Assembly: GCA_040755455.1 (NCBI GenBank)
Contig: JBFMAY010000008.1
Span: 1 to 64,000, forward strand
DNA from: Thermodesulfobacteriota bacterium
Lineage (GTDB): Bacteria; Desulfobacterota; Desulfobulbia; Desulfobulbales; SURF-16
DNA length: 64,000 bases
Reading direction: 5' to 3'
Under the pieces are notes generated by a model, which worked only from the letters and a program-made list of their open reading frames with translations, did no database searches and was not told the DNA's origin. Of this stretch, positions 37,566 to 46,532 are shown piece by piece (within the stretch, counting starts at the first letter, position 1; every line of letters begins with the position of its first letter). A program made the translations under genes and the position numbers.

Positions 37566-38528
37566 ATGACAGCAAGTGTAAACGATGCCGCGAAAACGGC
37601 TTTTCTTTTTCCCGGCCAGGGCTCGCAGTTTGTCGGCATGGGCCGGGATTTTCTTGCCGCAAGTGATGACGCCCGCCGGTTGATGCGGATGGCCGAACAG
37701 GTCAGCGGCTTTCCCCTGGAGAAGCTCTGCCTGGAGGGACCGCTGGAGGAGCTGACCCGCACCCTGCACCTGCAGCCGGCCATGACCGTGTTGAACCTCA
37801 TCTGTCTGCAGGCAATGCGGCAGGCGGGAATCAACGCGGCATTCTTTGCCGGCCACAGCCTGGGGGAATACACGGCTCTGGCTGCCGCCGGGGTGCTGAG
37901 CCCTGAGGACACCCTGCGGCTGGTGACCGAACGCGGCCGGCTGATGGAGAGGGAAAGCACGGCCCATCCCGGCACCATGAGCGCCATTCTGAAGCTCGGG
38001 CTGGCCGAGGTGCAGGAGGTGGTGCAGGCTGCCGCGCCACAAGGGGTGGTGGTGGCCGCCAATCACAATTCGGAGATGCAGATCGTCATTTCCGGCGATG
38101 CCGCTGGAGTTGCTGCCGCTGCCACGCTGGCCGGCCACAAGGGCGGCAAGGCCGTGGCCCTGCCGGTGAGCGGTGCCTGGCACAGCCCGCTGGTTGCCGA
38201 TGCGGTGCCGGATTTTGCCAAGGCCATGGAGCAGATCATCTTTCATGCTCCTGCCGGCAAGATTTTTTTCAACGTCACCGCCTCACCGGAAAGCGATCCC
38301 GGCGCGATCCGTTCCATCATGAGCCGCCAGATCGCCGCCATGGTCAGATGGTATGACACCATCCTCGCCTTGCGTCAACAGGGGGTGACCACTTTTATCG
38401 AGGTGGGGCCGAAAAACGTGCTCACCGGGCTGCTGAAGAAGATCCTGCCCAAGGGGCATGACTGCCTCTGCCTGCAGGTGGAGGACTCCGCCTCGCTTGC
38501 GGCCTGCCTGGAAACCCTGCGGCGCTGA
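37566..38528 (+). CDS. fabD: Malonyl-CoA-ACP transacylase
   Basis: FLFPGQGSQ..GM, QPA, GHSLGEY, AN.N...Q.VISG, L.VSGAWHS, E.GP. Confidence 0.94.
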   Translation: MTASVNDAAKTAFLFPGQGSQFVGMGRDFLAASDDARRLMRMAEQVSGFPLEKLCLEGPLEELTRTLHLQPAMTVLNLICLQAMRQAGINAAFFAGHSLGEYTALAAAGVLSPEDTLRLVTERGRLMERESTAHPGTMSAILKLGLAEVQEVVQAAAPQGVVVAANHNSEMQIVISGDAAGVAAAATLAGHKGGKAVALPVSGAWHSPLVADAVPDFAKAMEQIIFHAPAGKIFFNVTASPESDPGAIRSIMSRQIAAMVRWYDTILALRQQGVTTFIEVGPKNVLTGLLKKILPKGHDCLCLQVEDSASLAACLETLRR

Positions 38529-38618
38529 AGCGCTGCACCCTGTTTGGTGACACCCTGGTTTTTCGTCGCATAACCGGGTGTCCAGGCGTTATGGATCAGC
38601 AGGTCTGTATTTAAAATC

Positions 38619-38647
38619 TTGACATTCTGTTTATATCCAATTATTTT
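38619..38647 (+). promoter_or_regulatory. Putative sigma70 promoter for the ffh operon
   Basis: TTGACA-17 bp-TATTTT. Confidence 0.6.
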
Positions 38648-38716
38648 TCTTCGTTTACTGTGAGGAATCTGCCTTTTCTGCAGCAGGAGAAGGCATTGTA
38701 AAAGAGACAGGAAATT

Positions 38717-40081
38717 ATGTTTGAAAATCTTTCGGATCGCTTACATAAGGTATTCAAAGACCTGCGCGGCCACGGCAAACTCACCGACAAGAATATCGAG
38801 GATGCCCTGCGGGAAGTGCGCATGGCCCTGCTTGAGGCGGATGTCAACTTCAAGGTGGTCAAGGAGTTCATCGCCTCCATTGCGGAAAAGGCCGTAGGGC
38901 ATGAGGTTCTTGAAAGCCTCTCCCCCGGCCAGCAGGTTATCAAGATTGTCCATGAGGAGTTGATTGCCCTGTTGGGCGGCACCACGGCGGGGCTGGACCT
39001 TGCCGGCAAGACGCCCGCCATTGTGATGATGGTGGGACTGCAGGGTTCAGGCAAGACCACGTCCGCGGCGAAACTTGCCAAGCTGCTGAAAAAACAGGGG
39101 AGAAGGCCCTATCTGGTGCCGGCGGACATCTATCGTCCCGCGGCTATTGAACAGCTGCATGTGCTTGGCCGGTCCATCGATGTGCCGGTTCATCCCTCGC
39201 AAACTGACCAGGATCCTGTCACCATATGCAGAAACGCGGTTACTGTTGCCCAAAACAGCAATTATGACACCCTGCTGATCGATACAGCCGGCCGGCTGCA
39301 TATCGATGAGAAGCTGATGGGCGAGCTGGCCAACATCAAAGCGGCGGTAAACCCGGCGGAGATTCTGTTCGTCGCCGATGCCATGACCGGCCAGGACGCG
39401 GTGACGGTTGCCGACAAGTTCAACAAGGATCTGGTCATCAGCGGCGTTATCCTGACCAAGATGGAGGGTGATGCCAGGGGCGGCGCCGCGCTCTCCATCG
39501 CCAATGTGGCGCAGCGGCCGATCAAATTCATCGGTACCGGTGAGGATCTCGAGGCCCTGGAAACCTTTCACCCCGACCGCATGGCCTCACGTATTCTCGG
39601 CATGGGTGACGTCCTCACCCTGATTGAAAAGGCCGAAGAGGTGGTTGACCGCAAAAAAGCGGACAAGCTCGCCAGGAAGATCCAGAAAAGCACCTTCAGC
39701 CTGGAGGATTTTCTCGACCAGATCCAGCAGATCAAGAAGATGGGCAGCCTGGAGCAGATCATGGGCATGATTCCTGGCCTGAACCGGATGCGGCAGCTCA
39801 AGGACATGCCCAAGCCGGATGAGAAGGAACTGGGCAAGGTTGAGGCGATTATCCGCTCCATGACCTTTGAGGAGCGGCGCAAATATCAGATTATCAATGC
39901 CAGCCGCCGGCAGAGGATCGCCAAGGGCAGCGGCACCACTGTGCAGGATGTGAACAAGGTCATCAAGAGCTACAGTGAAATGCTGAAGATGATGAAGAAG
40001 ATGAAGGGCAAAGTCGGGGGCGTCACCGTGACCCCGGGCGGACAGAAACGGCGTAAACTGCCCAAGGGCATGTTCCGTTAG
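38717..40081 (+). CDS. ffh: Signal recognition particle protein
   Basis: MFENLSDRL, GLQGSGKTT, DTAGR, TKMEGDARGG, F.PDRMASRILGMGD, M domain. Confidence 0.98.
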   Translation: MFENLSDRLHKVFKDLRGHGKLTDKNIEDALREVRMALLEADVNFKVVKEFIASIAEKAVGHEVLESLSPGQQVIKIVHEELIALLGGTTAGLDLAGKTPAIVMMVGLQGSGKTTSAAKLAKLLKKQGRRPYLVPADIYRPAAIEQLHVLGRSIDVPVHPSQTDQDPVTICRNAVTVAQNSNYDTLLIDTAGRLHIDEKLMGELANIKAAVNPAEILFVADAMTGQDAVTVADKFNKDLVISGVILTKMEGDARGGAALSIANVAQRPIKFIGTGEDLEALETFHPDRMASRILGMGDVLTLIEKAEEVVDRKKADKLARKIQKSTFSLEDFLDQIQQIKKMGSLEQIMGMIPGLNRMRQLKDMPKPDEKELGKVEAIIRSMTFEERRKYQIINASRRQRIAKGSGTTVQDVNKVIKSYSEMLKMMKKMKGKVGGVTVTPGGQKRRKLPKGMFR

Positions 40082-40147
40082 CATAAAATTTAATTTCCAA
40101 AGGCAATAAATAACCCCGGCAGTGCCGGTCAAGGAGGAAAACAGAGT

Positions 40148-40390
40148 ATGGCAGTAAGAATTCGACTCACCAGATTGGGCAGGAAGAAAAAACCTTTCTA
40201 TCGTATCGTTGTTGCAAATTCAGAGTCCAAGCGCGATGGAAAGTTCCTGGAGGTTGTCGGAACCTATGACCCGATGAAGAAACCTGCAGCGGTCACCATC
40301 CACCAGGATAAGCTGAAGAACTGGCTGGATCAGGGTGCGCAACCCACCGATACCGTGAAAAATCTCTTGAAAACGGCGGTTTCTGCCTAG
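40148..40390 (+). CDS. rpsP: 30S ribosomal protein S16
   Basis: [28 protein letters not shown]. Confidence 0.97.
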   Translation: MAVRIRLTRLGRKKKPFYRIVVANSESKRDGKFLEVVGTYDPMKKPAAVTIHQDKLKNWLDQGAQPTDTVKNLLKTAVSA

Positions 40391-40407
40391 TTAAGCAGAA
40401 AATCCAT

Positions 40408-40638
40408 ATGAAAGAACTGGTGAACTTTATTGCGACCTCGCTTGTCGATCAGCCACAGGCGGTGGAAGTGAGTGAAACAGCGCAGGAAGATGCCGTGGTG
40501 CTTGAACTCCGTGTGGCAAAGGATGACCTGGGTAAGGTCATCGGCAAGCAGGGGAGAACGGCCAGGGCCATCAGGGCTCTGTTGAGTGCCGCGGCGGCAA
40601 GGCAGAACAAGAGAGCCAGACTGGAAATTGTCGAATAG
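40408..40638 (+). CDS. khpA: KH domain RNA-binding protein
   Basis: [21 protein letters not shown]. Confidence 0.92.
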   Translation: MKELVNFIATSLVDQPQAVEVSETAQEDAVVLELRVAKDDLGKVIGKQGRTARAIRALLSAAAARQNKRARLEIVE

Positions 40639-40660
40639 CCCGTTCCGGAGACGAAACCCG

Positions 40661-41209
40661 TTGCCCAGGGAAGTAAATGAGCCGTCAGGGGGCAGGGTGT
40701 TGCCGGTTGGTGAAATCGGCCGGCCCCACGGCGTCAAGGGAGAAATGAAAATTTATCCCTATTCAGGTAATCCGGAGAGCTTGCGGTCATACGGGAGGCT
40801 CCTGGTTGCCATGCCCGAGGATGGCGCGACGCAGTCATATGAACTCAGCAGCTGCCGCAGCCAGGGGCAATTTGCCGTCATCAAGCTTGCCGGCATCGAT
40901 ACCCGCAGTGAGGCCGCGCTGTTGACCGGCTGCCAGGTGCTGGTTGACCGCCACGAGATGCCGGAACTCACCGATGATGAGTTTTACTGGCACGATCTGC
41001 AGGGTATGGCCGTGGTTACCACCCTTGGCCGGCAGCTCGGCACGGTGAGCAGATTGATGTCCACCGGGGCCCATGATATACTGGTGGTCACCGATCGTGG
41101 CCGGGAGTATCTGATCCCTGCCCTTGCTGCCTTTGTGGTGGCCATCGATGCAGAGAGCAAAACGATTACGGTGGATCCTCCGGAAGGACTCCTGGAAATG
41201 AACGACTGA
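40661..41209 (+). CDS. rimM: Ribosome maturation factor
   Basis: VG.I...HGVKGE, EFYWHDL.G, G.V......GAHD, LIP; start uncertain (TTG at 40661). Confidence 0.92.
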   Translation: MPREVNEPSGGRVLPVGEIGRPHGVKGEMKIYPYSGNPESLRSYGRLLVAMPEDGATQSYELSSCRSQGQFAVIKLAGIDTRSEAALLTGCQVLVDRHEMPELTDDEFYWHDLQGMAVVTTLGRQLGTVSRLMSTGAHDILVVTDRGREYLIPALAAFVVAIDAESKTITVDPPEGLLEMND

Positions 41210-41958
41210 TGCGTTTTCATGTGCTGACCATTTTTCCGCATCTGCTCGAATCGCCCCTGCAGGAAGGGATTATCCGCCGGGCCCTGCAGGCCGGCCAGAT
41301 TGAGGTTGAACTGGTCAATATCCGTGATTTTGCCACGGATAAGCATGCCATGACCGATGACCGCCCTTTCGGCGGCGGCGAGGGCATGGTCATGAAGCCG
41401 GAGCCCCTGGCTGCGGCCATCCGGCGGACCAGGCCGGAAGACGAGGAGAGCCATGTGGTGCTGCTCTCGCCCCAGGGCCGGCAATATAACCAGGCGGTGG
41501 CGGTGGAATTTTCCCGCAGAAAAAATCTGCTTCTGATCTGTGGCCGCTATGAAGGGGTGGATGAACGGATTCGCCAGCACTTCGTCGATGAGGAGATTTC
41601 CATCGGCGATTACATCCTCACCGGCGGCGAACTGGCGGCCATGGTCATCATCGATTCCGTGACCCGTCTGCTGCCTGGGGTGCTCGGCTGCGAAGACTCG
41701 GTTGAATATGATACCTTCAGCCGCGGGGGGATTAAGTATCCCCAGTACACCAGGCCCCGGGATTTTGAAGGATATGAGGTGCCGGAGGTGCTGCTTTCCG
41801 GCGATCACACGAAAATAGCCGAGTGGCGGTTTGCGGCCGGCGTGCAAATGACCCGGGAGAAACGGCCGGACCTGCTGGCATCAATGACCTTCAGCAAAAA
41901 GGAACTGCAGGTGCTCAAAAGGCACGGCGTGCTGCTCGAAACAAAGTGCGAGGCGTAG
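41209..41958 (+). CDS. trmD: tRNA (guanine37-N1)-methyltransferase
   Basis: DDRPFGGG.GMV, LSPQG, CGRYEGVDER, SIGDYILTGGE, YPQYTRP. Confidence 0.97.
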   Translation: MRFHVLTIFPHLLESPLQEGIIRRALQAGQIEVELVNIRDFATDKHAMTDDRPFGGGEGMVMKPEPLAAAIRRTRPEDEESHVVLLSPQGRQYNQAVAVEFSRRKNLLLICGRYEGVDERIRQHFVDEEISIGDYILTGGELAAMVIIDSVTRLLPGVLGCEDSVEYDTFSRGGIKYPQYTRPRDFEGYEVPEVLLSGDHTKIAEWRFAAGVQMTREKRPDLLASMTFSKKELQVLKRHGVLLETKCEA

Positions 41959-41966
41959 AAGCTCAG

Positions 41967-42548
41967 GTGGATTGGTCGGTGCAGGTGGATGTGGCCCTGG
42001 TGCATTATCCTGTTTACAACAAGAATCAGGAAATCATCGGTTCGGCGGTAACCAATCTTGATATCCACGATATTGCCCGGGCCGGCAGGACATTCGGGGT
42101 CGGCACCTTTTATATCGTCACCCCCTACCAGGATCAGCAGAAACTGGTGGGGGAGATCGTCAGTCACTGGCGGGACGGCTACGGGGCCCGGTACAACACG
42201 GACAGGAAAGAGGCCCTGGCTTCGATCGAAATTTGTGCCGATCTGCAGGGCCTTTACGAATTGGCGGCAGTGAACGGACAAAAGCCGCTGGTCGTGGCCA
42301 CCAGCGCCAGGGAGCATAGCGGCAACATCTCCTATGGCGCCATGCGGCGGAAGATTTTTGCCGGCAGCCGGGTGCTGATCCTTTTCGGCACGGGTTGGGG
42401 GCTTGCCGGGCAGGCTCTGGCGGGAGTGGACGTCATGTTGCCGCCGATCAGCGGCTATGGCGATTACCGGCATCTTTCCGTGCGGTCGGCGGTGTCCATC
42501 GTGCTTGACCGGCTGCTTGGCCGGCGGGAAGAAGAGAATATTCAGTAA
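41967..42548 (+). CDS. SPOUT-family RNA methyltransferase (TrmD-associated type)
   Basis: ALVHYPV.NK, AVTNLDIHDIAR, TSA, LFGTGWGL, Y.HLSVRSA..I.LDRL; start uncertain. Confidence 0.85.
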   Translation: MDWSVQVDVALVHYPVYNKNQEIIGSAVTNLDIHDIARAGRTFGVGTFYIVTPYQDQQKLVGEIVSHWRDGYGARYNTDRKEALASIEICADLQGLYELAAVNGQKPLVVATSAREHSGNISYGAMRRKIFAGSRVLILFGTGWGLAGQALAGVDVMLPPISGYGDYRHLSVRSAVSIVLDRLLGRREEENIQ

Positions 42549-42590
42549 AAAAAACAGTGCATCTAGGATTTAACACCAGAAAAACAGGAA

Positions 42591-42947
42591 GTGAGCATTA
42601 TGAATATGTTAGAGCGGATTGAGAAAGAGAACATGCGTTATGATATCCCCAAATTCCAGACCGGGGATACCGTCAGCGTCCACATTCGGATTATCGAGGG
42701 CGCGAAAGAGAGGGTGCAGGTTTTCAAGGGCGTTGTCACCGCCAGAAAACGCGGCTCCATGGGAGCGAATTTCACCGTGCGCAAGATTTCCCACGGCGTC
42801 GGGGTGGAAAAGACCTTCCCCGTCCATTCACCCCGTATCGAGAAAATCGAGGTGAACAGCCAGGGCCGGGTGCGGCGCTCCAAGCTTTACTATCTCCGCA
42901 ACCTGCGCGGCAAGGCGGCGAGAATCAGGGAGAAGGGCATTATTTAA
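42591..42947 (+). CDS. rplS: 50S ribosomal protein L19
   Basis: [41 protein letters not shown]. Confidence 0.97.
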   Translation: MSIMNMLERIEKENMRYDIPKFQTGDTVSVHIRIIEGAKERVQVFKGVVTARKRGSMGANFTVRKISHGVGVEKTFPVHSPRIEKIEVNSQGRVRRSKLYYLRNLRGKAARIREKGII

Positions 42948-42974
42948 GGGCCGATCCCTCCTCTGTCTGCTGAG

Positions 42975-43583
42975 ATGGGTACCTTTTCCTTCGAACGCGA
43001 ACTGACCGGAAAAGGCGTCCGTCTGGTGGCCGGGGTGGATGAGGCAGGCCGGGGGCCGCTGGCCGGTCCCGTTGTCGCTGCAGCCGTTATTCTGCCGGCC
43101 GACTGCCAATATTTTCTCTTTCAGGATTCAAAAAAGCTGACGGAGAAACAGCGGGAGCGGCTGTTTGCGACCCTGACCGGCATGGGGATTCCCATTGGGG
43201 TCGGGGTCGCGACTCCGGCGGAGATTGATGAGATCAATATTCTGCAGGCTTCACTGCTGGCCATGAAAAGGGCGGTGCTTGCTTTGCCTGAAATGCCTGA
43301 TTTTCTTCTTGTTGACGGTAAGTTTACCGTTCCTCTCAAAGTGAGCCAGCAAGCGCTTGTCAAGGGTGAATCAAAGAGCGCATCCATAGCCGCCGCCTCC
43401 ATTGTCGCCAAGGTGACCCGGGACAGGATGATGCTGGATTATCATGCCGCCTATCCCCGGTATAATTTCAAGAAACATAAAGGCTATCCGACACAAGAGC
43501 ATCGCAACCTGCTGATCCAGTTCGGTCCCTGCGCGATCCACCGCAAGACGTTTGGCGGGGTGCGGGAGCTGCTGGGGCAGTGA
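42975..43583 (+). CDS. rnhB: Ribonuclease HII
   Basis: GVDEAGRGPLAGPV, DSKKL, LVDG, SIAAASIVAKV.RD, HKGYPT. Confidence 0.97.
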   Translation: MGTFSFERELTGKGVRLVAGVDEAGRGPLAGPVVAAAVILPADCQYFLFQDSKKLTEKQRERLFATLTGMGIPIGVGVATPAEIDEINILQASLLAMKRAVLALPEMPDFLLVDGKFTVPLKVSQQALVKGESKSASIAAASIVAKVTRDRMMLDYHAAYPRYNFKKHKGYPTQEHRNLLIQFGPCAIHRKTFGGVRELLGQ

Positions 43584-43598
43584 TGGGCAAGGGCCGCC

Positions 43599-43964
43599 AT
43601 GAGCCTTCAGAGGCAAAGCATCGGAAAAGAGGGCGAGGAAATCGCCCGCCGGTATCTGGAAAAGCACGGCTATAGGATCGTCACCGCTAATTACCGGACC
43701 AGGCATGGGGAAATTGATCTGATTGCCAGAGATGGCGCCACCCTGGTCTTTATCGAGGTGAAAACCCGCACCCAGCAAAAGTTCGGATCGCCCTTTGACG
43801 CCCTGACCGCCAGAAAATGCATGAATATGGCCAAGGTTGCGCTGCACTATCTGATCAACCATGGCGGGACCGAGCAGCCGGCCCGTTTTGATGTTGTCGC
43901 GGTGCGGCCGGGAGAAAAGGCCGAGGTGGAGATTGTGCAGAACGCCTTTGACCTCAGCACCTGA
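43599..43964 (+). CDS. yraN: YraN family nuclease-like protein
   Basis: G..GE..A..YL...G, NYR...GEIDLI, LVFIEVKTR, RFDVV. Confidence 0.93.
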   Translation: MSLQRQSIGKEGEEIARRYLEKHGYRIVTANYRTRHGEIDLIARDGATLVFIEVKTRTQQKFGSPFDALTARKCMNMAKVALHYLINHGGTEQPARFDVVAVRPGEKAEVEIVQNAFDLST

Positions 43965-44039
43965 ACATAAAGGGATGTATGTCTGCGCAAGCCGGCTGGA
44001 CTTCAGAATAAATAATTTGTTAGGCGTATCAAAGAAAAC

Positions 44040-44585
44040 ATGGACGCATTGGCGAAAATTATTGAAACCCTGGCGTGGCCTGTAACCACTATAATCGTAG
44101 TGTTTCTATTACGTTCGCCGTTATCAGAATTGGTACCAACACTTAAAAGGTTAAAATACAAAGACCTTGAACTAGAGTTTGAGCGGGAAGCCAATAAGAT
44201 ACTTTCCGAAGCCGAACGGGATTTACCTGAAATTCCAGAAAAGCCGAAGCCGAAAATTGAAGATACAGGCATTCGATTTAGTCGTCGTAGACTTGATCCA
44301 GCCATCGAAGTCATAGAATCATGGCGCAGTCTTGAACTAGATATGCGAGAGTTGGCTAAGACCAACAACATACAAATCGGTCGAAGCATCCGATCTCTTA
44401 TTGCTGAGCTTGAAGCAAACAGTCTGATTTCTAAAGAAATAGCCAAGGTTGCACTTGATTTAGCGACCCTTAGAAATAGAGTCGCGCATACGAACGAGGA
44501 GGCTATTTCTTACGATGTTTCGTCAGCATTTAGCAGTTCGGTTAGTCGTGTCAGATCTGCAATGGAGCTAGTAAGTGAATTATAA
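44040..44585 (+). CDS. Membrane-anchored protein with a HEPN-like RxxxxH motif
   Basis: N-terminal TM LAWPVTTIIVVFLL; helical C-domain with A...W..LE and LRNRVAH; AT-rich codon usage unlike its neighbours. Confidence 0.72.
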   Translation: MDALAKIIETLAWPVTTIIVVFLLRSPLSELVPTLKRLKYKDLELEFEREANKILSEAERDLPEIPEKPKPKIEDTGIRFSRRRLDPAIEVIESWRSLELDMRELAKTNNIQIGRSIRSLIAELEANSLISKEIAKVALDLATLRNRVAHTNEEAISYDVSSAFSSSVSRVRSAMELVSEL

Positions 44586-44628
44586 GTTGCTGATGTTACC
44601 ACAACTATCAGGAAAACAAATGAAAATT

Positions 44629-44712
44629 CGCTAACAATCGGGTCAACCTGACCGCGAGAAGCTCGGCGGCGCTACGCGGGTAAGTCTTGGCGCGGTCAGG
44701 TAACTCGTGGCG
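44629..44712 (+). other. attC-like recombination site with degenerate R' box
   Basis: CGCTAAC, 5-bp spacer, CGGGT[C]AACCTGACCGCG pairing with CGCGGTCAGGTAACTCG with one bulged C; ends G|AAC instead of G|TT. Confidence 0.7.
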
Positions 44713-44756
44713 AACCCATGCTTGTTGCTAAAATGGAAGGCGAAATTCTTTAACCC

Positions 44757-45767
44757 ATGAAACCGCTGGCCATCACAATGGGCTGCCCGGTGGGCATCGG
44801 CCCGGAAATCATTCTCAAGTTCTTTGCCGCGGCAAACCACGGCCCGGATGTTGCCCCGGCGGTGGTGGTCGGTGACCCCGGTGTGCTGCGGTGGTGCAGC
44901 CGAAAGCTTGCGCTGCCCGCCACAATTGTCGCCTGGCGGCCCGGTGATGCGGTGGTGCCGCATGTCATACCTGTCCTGCGGCCAACTGATTTTCCTGATC
45001 TTGAGCAGGCAAGCCTCATCTGGGGCCGGCCCGACAAACAAACCGGCACAGCCATGGCGCAGTGTATCGAGGCAGCAGTCCATCTCATCCGGCAGCAGGT
45101 TTTCAGCGGCATGGTGACTTGTCCCATTACCAAGAAGTCTTTAAACGAGGCAGGCTGGCTTTTCCCCGGCCACACCGAGATGCTGGCCGCCCTGTGCGAG
45201 AGCAACGACTATGCCATGATGATGGCAGGCACCAGGCTGCGGGTCACCCTGGTGACCATCCATACCCCGCTTGCGGCCGTGCCCGGCGCGTTGACCCCTG
45301 AAAAAATTGATAAACTGATTGAGATGACGGCAAAGTCCCTGCAGCAGGATTTTGCCATTGCCGAGCCCCGGCTGGCCGTTGCCGCGCTCAATCCCCATGC
45401 CGGCGAGGAGGGGATGTTCGGGGACGAGGAGCAGACCCTGATCCGTCCGGCCATCCTGTGGGCCCGCCAGGCCGGTTGGCGGATCAGCGGCCCCTATCCT
45501 GCCGATACGGTGTTTTACAAGGCCGTGTCCGGGGAGTTTGACGCCGTGGTGTGCATGTACCATGACCAGGGGCTGATTCCCTTCAAGCTGCTGCATTTCA
45601 AGGACGGGGTCAATGTGACCATTGGTCTGCCCATTGTGCGGACATCGGTTGACCATGGCACGGCCTACGATATCGCAGGCCAGGGCAAGGCCGATCCGGC
45701 CAGTCTCGCGGCGGCGGTGGCCATGGCCAGGGAGATCATTGCCAACAGGAGCAGGCAGGCATCATGA
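44757..45767 (+). CDS. pdxA: 4-hydroxythreonine-4-phosphate dehydrogenase
   Basis: ITMG.P.GIGPEI, FPGHTE.LA, LNPHAGE.G, MYHDQGL.P.K, RTSVDHGTAYDIAG. Confidence 0.95.
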   Translation: MKPLAITMGCPVGIGPEIILKFFAAANHGPDVAPAVVVGDPGVLRWCSRKLALPATIVAWRPGDAVVPHVIPVLRPTDFPDLEQASLIWGRPDKQTGTAMAQCIEAAVHLIRQQVFSGMVTCPITKKSLNEAGWLFPGHTEMLAALCESNDYAMMMAGTRLRVTLVTIHTPLAAVPGALTPEKIDKLIEMTAKSLQQDFAIAEPRLAVAALNPHAGEEGMFGDEEQTLIRPAILWARQAGWRISGPYPADTVFYKAVSGEFDAVVCMYHDQGLIPFKLLHFKDGVNVTIGLPIVRTSVDHGTAYDIAGQGKADPASLAAAVAMAREIIANRSRQAS

Positions 45768-46357
45768 AAAAAGGCATCGGCCTCTGCGGCAGCCATAGAA
45801 CCGGCAAAACCACCCTGGCCCGGGCCATTGCCGCGCGAACCGGTGTGGACTTTCTCCGGACGACGACCAGCGAGGTGTTTGCCAGCAATGGTCTGGACCC
45901 ATCAGCGGCCATGGATTTCCATACCCGTCTCTGGATCCAGCATAAGGTGGTGGAGGCGGCCGAGGCTGTCTGGCAGAACGCCGCCGGACCCTTTATCAGC
46001 GACCGGACACCCATTGACATGATGGCCTATACCCTGGCTGATATTCAGGGTGGCACAGCGGTTGATTTTGCCGAACTGGAGAGGTATCTGGACCACTGCT
46101 TTACCGTAACAAACAGGTTTTTTGCCGAACTGGTGGTGATTCAGCCCGCCATTCCTCTGGTGCATGAAGAGGGCAAGGCGGCCCTGAACCGGTCCTACAT
46201 GGAGCATTTGAACGTGCTGGTCAAGGGGCTGTGCTGCGACGAGCGGTTGCGCTGCCCGTTTACCTTGATCGCCAGAGGTATTGTTGCCCTCGATGAGCGG
46301 GCCGCAGCGGTGCTGAAAAAAATTGATATCGAGGCAAATCAGCGCCAGGTGAGTTGA
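45764..46357 (+). CDS. P-loop nucleotide kinase/AAA_28-like ATPase
   Basis: IGL.GSH.TGKTTLA Walker A; ISDRTPID...Y motif. Confidence 0.75.
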   Translation: MKKGIGLCGSHRTGKTTLARAIAARTGVDFLRTTTSEVFASNGLDPSAAMDFHTRLWIQHKVVEAAEAVWQNAAGPFISDRTPIDMMAYTLADIQGGTAVDFAELERYLDHCFTVTNRFFAELVVIQPAIPLVHEEGKAALNRSYMEHLNVLVKGLCCDERLRCPFTLIARGIVALDERAAAVLKKIDIEANQRQVS

Positions 46358-46532
46358 AAAACGTACATTTTGGCCCGGGTGGTGCCGGGCGGGGATGAAA
46401 CCCGCCCCCCTGGTGTCGTCCGGGTGGAACATGCCGGCACGGAGTTTCAGTGATAATGCTGGAATTCCTTGATGTTGAGTGGTAGAATAACCCTTACATT
46501 CAATTTTATTAAATAATCCGTTATCTTCTGCG

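Larger units (their letters stand above)
44019..44712 (+). mobile_element. Solitary integron-type gene cassette (core site, ORF, attC)
   Basis: GTTAGGC (GTTRRRY) 21 bp before the ATG; single AT-richer ORF; attC-like palindrome at 44629-44712. Confidence 0.7.

Noticed and set aside
38549..38582. Terminator or SRP RNA between fabD and ffh
   Set aside because: A hairpin is present but lacks a U tract and the SRP domain IV motif
43965..44756. Complete integron
   Set aside because: No tyrosine recombinase/intI and no cassette array; one ORF and one convincing attC only
46387..46407. GGGCGGG-ATGAAA-CCCGCCC hairpin as terminator or second REP family
   Set aside because: Single copy in the window, no U tract and no GTAG end
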